Below are positions 47,466-56,437 of a DNA stretch of 64,000 bases, piece by piece; position 1 is the stretch's first letter, and each line of letters opens with the position of its first letter. The translations under genes and the position numbers were made by a program. Where the stretch lies: the NCBI GenBank assembly GCA_964428655.1, contig CAYRYE010000001.1, positions 312,406 through 376,405 on the forward strand, given 5' to 3'. The notes under the pieces were generated by a model that was given only the letters and a program-made list of their open reading frames with translations, was not told the origin of the DNA and made no database searches. This DNA comes from an uncultured Gammaproteobacteria bacterium. Its GTDB lineage: Bacteria > Patescibacteriota > Microgenomatia > UBA12405 > JAHJSD01.

Positions 47466-48532
47466 ATCTTGTATAGTTTTAATAATCTGGTATTTATATT
47501 TTGCTCTTGTATTTGAATCAAGTAGAAACAAGCGTTTTCCTTTTTAAGGCTTTGCAGGATTGAAAGTTTTTCTCCCCATTCAATGAGCAATAAATTACCC
47601 TTTTTTAAGAGTTTTTCCAGCTTTAATTCTAAAAGTTCTTTTTCTGTTTCGATTCGATAAAGATCCAAATGATAAATGTTTTTTAAAGGTGGTTTTTCTA
47701 TTCTATATTCATCCATTAAAATAAAGGTTGGAGAAGTAAATTCTTTATTGAAAAGATTTCCTATTCCTTTGGCGAAAATTGTTTTTCCGGCTCCTAAATC
47801 GCCCTGAAGAATAACGACAACGGCATTGGTTTTTAGTTTATTTTGGAGCAAAGAACTATAGAGTTTTTGAGCATATTTTTTGGTCTCTGTTTCGCTTTTA
47901 GATCTATGTTTAGCGATCAGTTTTGGATTTAAAACGCCTTTTCTTAAAATTTTAATTTCATCTTTGATTAGTTTGACTACGGTTGAAGTCGGCTTTTTAA
48001 CTAATTTGCCGGCATCAATAATTAGATCAATGCTTTTTTTCTTTTTTTCAGAAAGAGTTTTTAGAAAGGAGTTAATAGAGTAATGCGGGCCCTTTCCGGA
48101 AACATTAGCTGAGGTGGCGGTGATGGGAAAAGGACAGATTTTAGTTAGTTCTTTAACAAAGGAATGGTTAATAATTCTAATGCCAATAGTATTGTCTTCT
48201 GGTTCTATTTCCGGAGCGGTTTTGCCTTTGGACTTTAAGATTAGGGTAAACGGTCCCGGCAGCAAGGTTTTAATAATTTCTTTTTGGCCATTGTTATAAA
48301 CGGCGTATTTACTGATATCTTTAGTACTATTTAAAAAAACAGAAATCCCCTTGCCAAATTTTCTGCCTTTAAAATCAAAAATTTGTTCGACTGCTTTGGA
48401 AGAATTAGCATTAGCAGCTAGGCCATAAGCGGTATCGCTGGGAATAATGACTAAGCCATTATTTTTTAAAACTTTTTTAGTTAAACTAACGGCCTTTTTG
48501 AAATTATCCTTTTCCAACTTTATAATCTTCAT
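47462..48532 (-). CDS. TsaC (YrdC/Sua5) - TsaE ATPase fusion
   Basis: PSDTAYGL, KGR, LPGPFT, TSANVSG; then GDLGAGKT..KG, SPTF, H.DLYR, IEW. Confidence 0.9.
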   Translation of the reverse strand: MKIIKLEKDNFKKAVSLTKKVLKNNGLVIIPSDTAYGLAANANSSKAVEQIFDFKGRKFGKGISVFLNSTKDISKYAVYNNGQKEIIKTLLPGPFTLILKSKGKTAPEIEPEDNTIGIRIINHSFVKELTKICPFPITATSANVSGKGPHYSINSFLKTLSEKKKKSIDLIIDAGKLVKKPTSTVVKLIKDEIKILRKGVLNPKLIAKHRSKSETETKKYAQKLYSSLLQNKLKTNAVVVILQGDLGAGKTIFAKGIGNLFNKEFTSPTFILMDEYRIEKPPLKNIYHLDLYRIETEKELLELKLEKLLKKGNLLLIEWGEKLSILQSLKKENACFYLIQIQEQNINTRLLKLYKI

Positions 48533-49704
48533 AGTTTTTTAAGTGTAAACTTCATTTGTTTTTCCCAGTCGCCATAAAGTGATTTTTTTCTTTCCAGTTC
48601 TTTCAGGAATTTGAAAAATTTGGCTGGGATTTTGGTGACTTTCTCTTTTTCCCACGGAGTTCCAGGTAAGGGTAGAAAATAGTGGCCGTGAATTCTGGTT
48701 TTTGGATATCGCAAAGTAAATTCGATTAGTTTTTGTGTTTCTTTGAGGTGTTTTGTGGTTTCATCTGGCAAACCGAAAATAAGATCAATATTAACGCTGA
48801 AATTGGCCTTGAGACTTGCCCTTATAGCCTTTTTTACATCTTCCACTGTATGAAAGCGATGCATTTTTTTCAGCAAGTGATTGCTGCCCGTTTGGGCGCC
48901 AATGGTGATCCACTGGTTAGAAACGTATTTTTTTAACATTTTCATTTTTTGGACAGTTATATCTTTAGGCCATAATTCTGATGGAAAATTTCCCAAATAT
49001 ATTTTCTTTACCCCAGGAGTTTTTTTAATTTTCATGAGAAGATTTTCTAATTTAGGATAACCCAAACCATTAGGGGTTAAAAGTCTTATTCCTGAATATC
49101 CTTTTTTAACTGTCGTTTTTACGCCCTTAAGGATATTTTTAATTGTTCTGTGGCGAGTTGCTCCGAATAAATATGTTGTTTGGCAGTATCGACAGCCGTG
49201 AGGGCAGCCTCTGGTGATTTCTATAGGGGTGAACAGAGGAAAGTCTCTTGACGCTGAGGGATAAGAATTAATATCAACTCTTTTTCCTAAAAGTTTTTTG
49301 GGATTTTTTCTTTTCTCTAGAGAGTTAGTTAGGTATTTAATTAAGGAAATTTCCCCTTCGCCGATAAAGGCAGTATCAAATCCGGCCTTAAGACAGTTGT
49401 TGGGATCACCTGACGGATGAGGTCCTCCACAAATTAAGGTAAAGTTATCTCCCGCCTCTTTTAAAGTTTTTATTTCTTTCCTAATATGGGGGAATTCTAG
49501 AGAAGTAAAAGAATAAACAACTATTATTTTTTTTTGAAACTTGATTGCTTCTAATAATTTCTCCTTTTTATCGAAATAGTAAAGCTTTATTTTTTTGCTA
49601 ATTTTTGATTTTTCAATGCTTCCCGTTAGAGCAGCGATACTGTTTTTGTTATATGGCGTTAGGCGGAAAGCCAATATTAATTTTTTAGACTTTACACTCG
49701 GCAT
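48529..49704 (-). CDS. B12-binding domain/radical SAM protein (TIGR04013/MJ1487-like)
   Basis: GGPHPSG B12-binding region, EITRGCPHGCRYCQT (CX3CX2C), FPSE, IGAQTGS, DLIFGLP.E, H.H.F.PLPGTP. Confidence 0.8.
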   Translation of the reverse strand: MPSVKSKKLILAFRLTPYNKNSIAALTGSIEKSKISKKIKLYYFDKKEKLLEAIKFQKKIIVVYSFTSLEFPHIRKEIKTLKEAGDNFTLICGGPHPSGDPNNCLKAGFDTAFIGEGEISLIKYLTNSLEKRKNPKKLLGKRVDINSYPSASRDFPLFTPIEITRGCPHGCRYCQTTYLFGATRHRTIKNILKGVKTTVKKGYSGIRLLTPNGLGYPKLENLLMKIKKTPGVKKIYLGNFPSELWPKDITVQKMKMLKKYVSNQWITIGAQTGSNHLLKKMHRFHTVEDVKKAIRASLKANFSVNIDLIFGLPDETTKHLKETQKLIEFTLRYPKTRIHGHYFLPLPGTPWEKEKVTKIPAKFFKFLKELERKKSLYGDWEKQMKFTLKKL

Positions 49705-49725
49705 AATTGTTATTATACTTCAAAC
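49705..49725. promoter_or_regulatory. Overlapping divergent -10 elements (bidirectional leaderless promoter)
   Basis: TATAAT on minus (49712-49717) and TATACT on plus (49714-49719), 7 and 6 nt from the two ATGs. Confidence 0.55.
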
Positions 49726-50115
49726 ATGAACGACTGCATGTTTTGCAAGATTATTAAAGGAGAAATTCCTTGTTACAAAGTTTACGAAAATGAGAATTTT
49801 TTGGCATTTTTGGATGCTAAACCCTGGGCTGAGGGACATACTTTAGTGATTCCCAAAAAACATTATCAATGGGTTTGGGATGTACCCAATGCTGGAGAAT
49901 ATTTTGAGGCAGTTGCCAAAATTGCCAATCATTATAAAGAGGTTTTTAAAACAGAATTTGTGATGAGTTTTATTTATGGTTATAACATTCCTCACGCTCA
50001 CATTCACCTTTTGCCTGATGCCCGAAAAAAAGTAGCCATGTATCCAAGGGAGAGATTGGGCGGTCTAGAAGAGAAAAAGGCAAAAGAATTGTTAAAAAAG
50101 TTAGTCTTAGAGTAG
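49726..50115 (+). CDS. HIT family hydrolase
   Basis: CMFC, GHTLVIPK, HAHIH. Confidence 0.92.
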   Translation: MNDCMFCKIIKGEIPCYKVYENENFLAFLDAKPWAEGHTLVIPKKHYQWVWDVPNAGEYFEAVAKIANHYKEVFKTEFVMSFIYGYNIPHAHIHLLPDARKKVAMYPRERLGGLEEKKAKELLKKLVLE

Positions 50116-50125
50116 GCTTTTTGTT

Positions 50126-50617
50126 GTGAAAATATTGAACTGGGCTCTGGTTTTGCTTTTATTAGCAGGTACTTTTTCTGCTTTTAGTATTTTTTTTGGT
50201 TTTCAAAAAAACAAGAGCAGGCTTGAGGTTGAAGGGGGTTTACCCAGCATTAGTATTTTGGATAGCAGGGCGAGAGAGAAGGCTGTTTTCTTTGTTGAAA
50301 TCGCAAAAACTGTTGCTGAGCGTACTAAGGGCTTGATGTTTCGGGAAAGCCTGGCAATGGATCAAGGAATGCTTTTTGTTTTTCCGGATGAGGCTAAACG
50401 GTGGTTTTGGATGAAAAATACCCGCATTCCCCTGGATATGATTTTTTGCAATCAGGATGGAATGATTGTTGGTTTAATCAAAGAGGCAGAGGCAAACAGC
50501 AAAAGCGTTTTTACTGTTGATATTGAAAGTATGTATATTTTAGAAGTCAATGCTGGTCTAGTGGAAAAATATGGTATAAAAGAAGGAGATATGCTTACTG
50601 ATTTAAGCGGTTTTTAA
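50126..50617 (+). CDS. DUF192 protein
   Basis: GLMFR, GMLFVF, FWMKNT.IPLD, LEVNAG. Confidence 0.9.
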   Translation: MKILNWALVLLLLAGTFSAFSIFFGFQKNKSRLEVEGGLPSISILDSRAREKAVFFVEIAKTVAERTKGLMFRESLAMDQGMLFVFPDEAKRWFWMKNTRIPLDMIFCNQDGMIVGLIKEAEANSKSVFTVDIESMYILEVNAGLVEKYGIKEGDMLTDLSGF

Positions 50618-51781
50618 ATGGTCAAAAAGAAAACAGCAGTTGTTGTTGTTCCAACATATAACGAAAAAGAGACAATTAGCCGGATGATTGATCATCTTTT
50701 TCAAAAGACTTTTCCTTCAATTAAAAATTGGGAATGCAGGGCCTTGATTGTTGATGCTAATTCTCCTGATGGAACTGCGGATTTAGTTAGAGAAAAGCAG
50801 AAAAAGTATAAAAATTTGGATTTGCTGGTTGAAAAAAAGAAAGAGGGAATTGGCGCGGCTTATGTAAAAGGATTTAAAAGAGCGATGAAGCGGCACAGGG
50901 CTGATGTAGTGATAGAGTTTGATGGTGATTTTCAGCACCCGCCGGACAGAATTCCTATTCTGCTTCAAGAGATTGATAAGGGAGCAGACTATGTTTTAGG
51001 TTCAAGAAAAATCAAGGGCGGTTCTAATCCCGAGGGTTGGGGTTTTAAGAGAGTTTTCTTCTCAGAGGTTGGCGGTTTGGTGGCCAGATTTATTCTATTT
51101 TTCCCTTTTAAACATTTTTTCAAGATTACTGATCCGACTACAGGACTTAAAGCCTCTCGCGTTAAGGGATTTGTCGACAAGATGGATATGGACAATCTTT
51201 ATTCAAGAAAATTTGGCTACAAATTGGAGTTCTTATATAAGATGGTTAAACTAGGGGCCAAGGTTAAAGAAATTCCTCTTAAATTTCAGTTAAGGAAAGT
51301 GGGCGAGTCTAAGATTACCGGTCAAACGGCTAGCGATATTTTCCGGACTGCTTTTTTTCTTCGCTGGCATGATCAAACAACCAAAAGTTTTATTAAGTTT
51401 GCCATTGTTGGATTTGTTGGCTATTTGGTTAATGCTTTGAGCTTAGAGCTTTTTTATCAATTGGGAGCTTCACCCGCTTGGGCAGCCGCCGGCGGGGCAG
51501 AATTGGCTATTATTTCTAATTTTGTTTGGAATAATCTGTGGACATTTTCCCATAAGAAGATTATTGGTTTGGCAGAAATTATTAAGAAATTTTTAACTTT
51601 TAATTTAACTTCATTTGGAGCTGTTGTGATTCAATTCATTGTTATTGGGCTGGGAACAAAATTAACTGGCGACCAGTGGCGCCAAATTTGGCTCGTTATC
51701 GCCATTGGTTTTTTCATTATTCCCTACAATTGGCTAATGTATACCAAAGTGATTTGGAAGAAGAAGAAAATTAATAATTAA
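50618..51781 (+). CDS. GT2 polyprenol-phosphate glycosyltransferase (DPM1-like) fused to GtrA
   Basis: VVPTYNE, D.NSPDGT, DGDFQH, GSR; C-terminal KFAIVG..SNF.WN 4-TM GtrA. Confidence 0.88.
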   Translation: MVKKKTAVVVVPTYNEKETISRMIDHLFQKTFPSIKNWECRALIVDANSPDGTADLVREKQKKYKNLDLLVEKKKEGIGAAYVKGFKRAMKRHRADVVIEFDGDFQHPPDRIPILLQEIDKGADYVLGSRKIKGGSNPEGWGFKRVFFSEVGGLVARFILFFPFKHFFKITDPTTGLKASRVKGFVDKMDMDNLYSRKFGYKLEFLYKMVKLGAKVKEIPLKFQLRKVGESKITGQTASDIFRTAFFLRWHDQTTKSFIKFAIVGFVGYLVNALSLELFYQLGASPAWAAAGGAELAIISNFVWNNLWTFSHKKIIGLAEIIKKFLTFNLTSFGAVVIQFIVIGLGTKLTGDQWRQIWLVIAIGFFIIPYNWLMYTKVIWKKKKINN

Positions 51782-51802
51782 TAAGCAAAATGAGGTAGAA
51801 AT

Positions 51803-52156
51803 ATGCCTAATGGGGAAGAAACAGCAGAATCAGGCCCCTTTTTTGTACCTGAAAGAAAATTGCCAGACCCCGATAGAATTAAAGAGATGCTGAGAACAAC
51901 CGCTTTTAAAGAAGTTGATCCAGACAAGGTTTTAGGGGTGTTGAAAGATCCAATATGGCGAGCAAAGGAAAAGCTATGGAAACTGAGAGTTGATTTAGTG
52001 TCTGAACAACCGGAGTTAGCTAGGGAATTAATGGAAATTGGTAAGTTTTGTCAAGTTCCTCTCGTGGAAAAATATTCTTCTGTTTTATTGAGTGCTGCTT
52101 CGAGTCTTGAAAATGCTATGGAAAAGGAAGGAAGTTCAGCAGACGATCAAAGCTAG
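51803..52156 (+). CDS. Hypothetical protein
   Basis: 117-aa ORF. Confidence 0.45.
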   Translation: MPNGEETAESGPFFVPERKLPDPDRIKEMLRTTAFKEVDPDKVLGVLKDPIWRAKEKLWKLRVDLVSEQPELARELMEIGKFCQVPLVEKYSSVLLSAASSLENAMEKEGSSADDQS

Positions 52157-52201
52157 TTTATCAATCCCCTCTATCAACTCCCGCAACTCCCGGTGGGCCT
52201 C

Positions 52202-52519
52202 CTAGTCAAAGACCAAGATAAGCTTTTTGAAATTTTTAACTTTGTTTCCTGTGAATTTAATGCCTTCCTTTTCAAGAAGCCTCTTTTTTTTCTTGATATT
52301 TTTCCCTTTGGTTTTGCCTCCGAATCCACCAATGTTACCATTACTTTTTACTACTCGATGGCAAGGAACTTTAGGGGCGTAGGGATTTCTTCTCATTGCA
52401 TTGCCTACTGCCTGATATGCCTTGGTTCCCAAAGCTTCTGCCAACACTTTGTAAGTGGTTACTCTCCCTTTTGGGACTTGCTCTAGGAGGTTATAAACTT
52501 TGTCTGTGAATTCAGGCAT
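52202..52519 (-). CDS. ogt: O6-methylguanine-DNA methyltransferase (single domain)
   Basis: VPKGRVTTY, AVG.A...NP...VPCHRVV. Confidence 0.9.
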   Translation of the reverse strand: MPEFTDKVYNLLEQVPKGRVTTYKVLAEALGTKAYQAVGNAMRRNPYAPKVPCHRVVKSNGNIGGFGGKTKGKNIKKKKRLLEKEGIKFTGNKVKNFKKLILVFD

Positions 52520-52527
52520 TTATCTCT

Positions 52528-53082
52528 TTGATGTTAATGGGTAGTATAGAGGAAAAAGAAAACAAAGTTAATAAAGGGCTGTTAAGTAATCCAGAGAACT
52601 ATGGAGAAGGAAGTGGAATCAGTGTGTTTGAAAATTACATTTCCCTAATGCGGGTTTACCTTGAAGAGGAAAACAAATGGCTAGAAAAACAATCAACCTA
52701 TGTCAACCGCTGGGATTTTCAGTTACTTGAGCCTTGGTACATCAAGCAAGCCGCCGAATATCAGTTAGAAATGTATTACGGATACAGGGATGACGCAAAA
52801 TATATGCTAGAAATTGTCAATGCAGGCGATCTCACTGACGAGCTTTCGGTAAAAGTTGATGATGCAAAGGACAGAAGAGACAAATTTTCTGAGCTGTATT
52901 ATGCTTTTGGAAATGAGGCGAGTGAGATATTTGACTTAAGAAAATTCTTGGTTATAATTCCGTCCCCAGATGGTTGCACTGAAGAAAATATGTCAATCCC
53001 AAGCACATTTGGTTCAGTTGATTGGAAAGGTGATGACGAAGAGCGACCGCTTATACCCTTAGATCCTGATTTGGTATCATAA
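52528..53082 (+). CDS. Hypothetical acidic protein, probably 5'-truncated, at the island edge
   Basis: No promoter space before it; abuts the ogt start. Confidence 0.4.
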   Translation: MMLMGSIEEKENKVNKGLLSNPENYGEGSGISVFENYISLMRVYLEEENKWLEKQSTYVNRWDFQLLEPWYIKQAAEYQLEMYYGYRDDAKYMLEIVNAGDLTDELSVKVDDAKDRRDKFSELYYAFGNEASEIFDLRKFLVIIPSPDGCTEENMSIPSTFGSVDWKGDDEERPLIPLDPDLVS

Positions 53083-53220
53083 CTCCAATATACCACTCGC
53101 TATTAAAAAGCCTATCAGAACGAAACACAACTCTATTTCCTGAGAACACAATGCCTCTTTTAGGTAAATAAAAGGTCTTATAGTTTTCACTTTAGGTTTA
53201 ATTGTATTATAATTACATTC

Positions 53221-53847
53221 ATGTTGAAGAAAATTAAGTCTGTTTTGTGTATTGGAGCACATCCTGATGATATTGAACTTGTCTGTGGTGCAACACTACT
53301 AAAACTCAAAGATGAACATGACGCAAAAATACACTTGATTATTTGTTCTCGGGGTGAGTTAAAAAGCAATGGTGCTATGAGAGAAAAGGAACAAAAACTA
53401 TCTGCAAAAATGCTTGGGGTAGATAGTTGTGTGTTTTTGAATTTCCCTGATGGCTCAATCGGAAATCAGAAAAAAGAATTAATCAAACAAATAGAAAAGG
53501 TGGTATTGATCCACAAACCCGATGTCGTGTTCACCCACTCCGACATGGATCACCATCAAGATCATTTAGCAGTGTTCTCTGCCTCAATAGCTGCATTACG
53601 ACTATCACTCTCGTCAATCCTATTATATGCATCTGTGAATTATAAAAGAGATAAGCGAGTTAATGTTATTGTTGATGTGAGTAACTACTTTGATAAAAAG
53701 ATAAAGATATTGAAGTGCTTCGAATCCCAAGATAAGGTTTGGTATTTTGAGACAGAATTTATAAGAAGTTTAGCCGTAGTAGCTGGAAGAAAATATGGTT
53801 TTAAATATGCTGAAGAATTTTACCTTTATTCAAGTATTTTCAAATGA
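53221..53847 (+). CDS. PIG-L/LmbE family N-deacetylase
   Basis: GAHPDDIE, R..E, H...D.HQDH, SQ, AEEF. Confidence 0.9.
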   Translation: MLKKIKSVLCIGAHPDDIELVCGATLLKLKDEHDAKIHLIICSRGELKSNGAMREKEQKLSAKMLGVDSCVFLNFPDGSIGNQKKELIKQIEKVVLIHKPDVVFTHSDMDHHQDHLAVFSASIAALRLSLSSILLYASVNYKRDKRVNVIVDVSNYFDKKIKILKCFESQDKVWYFETEFIRSLAVVAGRKYGFKYAEEFYLYSSIFK

Positions 53848-54665
53848 CAAGAGAAAACTATTACGATAAAGCCGAAATTAAATTGAAGGAAGTTGTGCCT
53901 AATGAGGGTATCCTTGAATGGTCTCAAAGAATTACTTCGCATGAACTTTCTGGCTTAGAACTAATGGGCTGTTGTGTTGAAAACAAAGAAAGTGGTCTAA
54001 TTTCAACATACCATGATAACAGAATTGTCTTTTTCAACAGAACGATAGGAGTATCGATCGACAATGTTCCCCTGGCAAATGTCGAACCTTTACCTCGTGA
54101 GGTTATCGTTTCGTCATTCATTAAGAAACCAAAAAAAGTTGAATTGTACCTAGAAAATACTGGCTGGGACCATACCTTGTCTTCAATTATTTTGGTTACC
54201 AGATTGGATTCTAAGCTACAAGCCCCCGATGTTTCTTTTAGGTTTGAGGATGTTAAGAGTGATACTAACTTCAAAGAGGGGTTTAGTGTTTTTTCTAGTT
54301 TCTTTATGAAACCTGATGAAGCGCTTTCAGACACAAGGTCAAGATTCTCTCATAATGTTAAGCATGGTCCTCATAAAGTAGCTTTTCGTGAAACGGAACC
54401 TATCGCCATGGTAGGTTCGATTGTCATCGGCGATACTGCCACTATATATTCCGGAATTGTTGATAACAGGTATCGAAATACAAAATTATTGGATGCTATG
54501 CTGTGTTGTTTAAATGGTTCTTTGATAAGTGAGGGAGTATCATATATTTATATGAAAACCAGAAATAGGGCTGTATCTTTGTACGCCCAACGCTTTTATG
54601 GCGTTGAACATATATATAACGAGAGAGTTTATGAAAAAAAAGAAAAAAAGAGTTCTAGTGCTTGA
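53844..54665 (+). CDS. Divergent GNAT-fold protein
   Basis: C-terminal ATIYSGIVDNRYRN motif-A-like segment. Confidence 0.5.
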   Translation: MTRENYYDKAEIKLKEVVPNEGILEWSQRITSHELSGLELMGCCVENKESGLISTYHDNRIVFFNRTIGVSIDNVPLANVEPLPREVIVSSFIKKPKKVELYLENTGWDHTLSSIILVTRLDSKLQAPDVSFRFEDVKSDTNFKEGFSVFSSFFMKPDEALSDTRSRFSHNVKHGPHKVAFRETEPIAMVGSIVIGDTATIYSGIVDNRYRNTKLLDAMLCCLNGSLISEGVSYIYMKTRNRAVSLYAQRFYGVEHIYNERVYEKKEKKSSSA

Positions 54666-55560
54666 ATCAGGAGGACCCTGTGGTATTTCAGCGATTAAGT
54701 TATTGAAGAAAAACGATATTACATTTGTTGTTGCTGCGGATATTGATACTTATTCCCCTTCATTTTCCATGGCTGACGTTGGTATCATTGTTCCCCCTGC
54801 CGGATCACCCGAATTTGCAAGCACGATCCAGTCAATACTCAATGAGTATTTAATTGATATTGTCTTACCAACTTTTGAACACGGCTACAAGAGCCTGTCT
54901 AGTCTTAATAACAAAGCTTTTGTGACAGATTTTAAGTCTGCTCTTGCATGTAAAGATAAATTGAAGTTTCACTCATTATGTAAAAAGAAAGGTTTACCCA
55001 CCCCCGACACAAAATTAATGAGTGATGTTTCTAAAATTGATGGCTCCGTATACATAAAACCTAGGGTAGGTGTTGGTAGTAGAAATAATTATCCGATTGA
55101 AAACGACGCACAATACCAAAAGCTGAAAAATTACATTACTCACCACAATAAATACATCGTCCAAGATTTATTGAAGGGAGATCATTGGAACATTGATGTA
55201 CTAGTGGAGGATGGCAGTTTCAAGAGAGCCATCCCCAGAAGAGACTTGAAACAAAAAGAAGGAAATTGCATTACCGTGTCAATAAAACGGTATAAAAAGC
55301 TAATTGAATTTTCTAAACAAGTTCAAAAGAAGTTATTTATTCAATCCCCATTCAACCTGGAAGTTTTCGACAACAATGGAAATTTTACAATTAACGAGGT
55401 CAATGTACGATTTGGAGGTGGTGTAATTTTTGGTGCACTGGCGGGTGTCGACATTGTTTCTTACTTAGTCACAAAAGACGAAAACTTCTTGGGAATCTTG
55501 AAAGAAAAAGTCTACAGTAGGTATTATGAAGAGATAGAAGTCAAAAATTACATTAAATGA
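54631..55560 (+). CDS. ATP-grasp amide ligase
   Basis: N-terminal Rossmann-like pre-grasp domain, DKL, YIKPRVGVGSR, IVQD, INEVNVRFGGG. Confidence 0.85.
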   Translation: MKKKKKRVLVLESGGPCGISAIKLLKKNDITFVVAADIDTYSPSFSMADVGIIVPPAGSPEFASTIQSILNEYLIDIVLPTFEHGYKSLSSLNNKAFVTDFKSALACKDKLKFHSLCKKKGLPTPDTKLMSDVSKIDGSVYIKPRVGVGSRNNYPIENDAQYQKLKNYITHHNKYIVQDLLKGDHWNIDVLVEDGSFKRAIPRRDLKQKEGNCITVSIKRYKKLIEFSKQVQKKLFIQSPFNLEVFDNNGNFTINEVNVRFGGGVIFGALAGVDIVSYLVTKDENFLGILKEKVYSRYYEEIEVKNYIK

Positions 55561-56084
55561 TTCTTTTAATTATATATTTTCTGTTTGTCTTTCTTTCTTT
55601 TTGGTACACAAAATCCGACGAAATCACTGACCAAAACAAAAACGCCTTCATAGTTATTCTGTCAGGGAAGAACAAGTACATAGCAAAATTCAGAATTAAA
55701 GAAGGGATTAAGTTATATAGAAAAGGAAATCAAATAATTGTTTGTGGCAAAAAAATGTCTAAATTCATGAAATTTGAGCTTGAAAAAACAGGGGTTAAAA
55801 AAGTTTTAGTCCAGGATATGTCTACCAATACAAATGAGGATGCAAAATATCTTGTTGAAATGTTTTCCCAGACAAAAAACAGAAAAATCATATTGGTAAC
55901 AAGTTTAAGCCACCAAAGAAGGGCATTTCACTCCTTTTTGAATTTCTACCAAGAATCCCATATCATAAACAGGCCAGCTTGGGGTGAGATTGTGTCTTGG
56001 TATTCTCCGTTGTTGCCCAGTGGTTGGTTCGCAGTCATTCTAAATATTTACAAAGATCTTCGATACAATGGAAGAGTGTTATAA
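55557..56084 (+). CDS. YdcF/DUF218 (ElyC/SanA-like) protein
   Basis: N-terminal TM, VILSG, R..EG..L, STNT.EDA, LVTS..H.RRA. Confidence 0.8.
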   Translation: MILLIIYFLFVFLSFWYTKSDEITDQNKNAFIVILSGKNKYIAKFRIKEGIKLYRKGNQIIVCGKKMSKFMKFELEKTGVKKVLVQDMSTNTNEDAKYLVEMFSQTKNRKIILVTSLSHQRRAFHSFLNFYQESHIINRPAWGEIVSWYSPLLPSGWFAVILNIYKDLRYNGRVL

Positions 56085-56179
56085 TTAATCCCTAGTAACT
56101 TCTTCTGAATTTTTAATTGTTTAAGGGTAATATCAAACTTAATCTTCTGGTTGCGAAACGTGTCCAATAGAGGGAGCCG
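56048..56179 (-). mobile_element. Orphan LPLLDxFR tail, probable integration scar (copy 3)
   Basis: Translates RLPLLDTFRNQKIKFDITL...*. Confidence 0.45.
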
Positions 56180-56437
56180 ATTGTCCCTACTCGAACTATT
56201 TCAGCAATTTTAAAACCCCGCATGATAGCATTTTATTCCTTAGCTTCCAGTTTTGTGGTAAAATCTCTCCTGGCTAAACCACAGCTTGACTCTCATCTTG
56301 GAGATGTTTTTCCCTTGATACCTCGGTAATTTCTTTATCTTTATAGCGATTTTGTTCCGGCAGAGTTAATAGGGTGTGCCTGTTATGTTGTTATGCTATT
56401 ATGTATTATAAAAATAAGCGAAAGGGGGTGATAAGAA

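Noticed and set aside
48529-49704. Annotation as MtaB/MiaB because of the tsa context
   Set aside because: Lacks the N-terminal three-Cys UPF0004 domain and TRAM; has a B12-binding-type N-terminus
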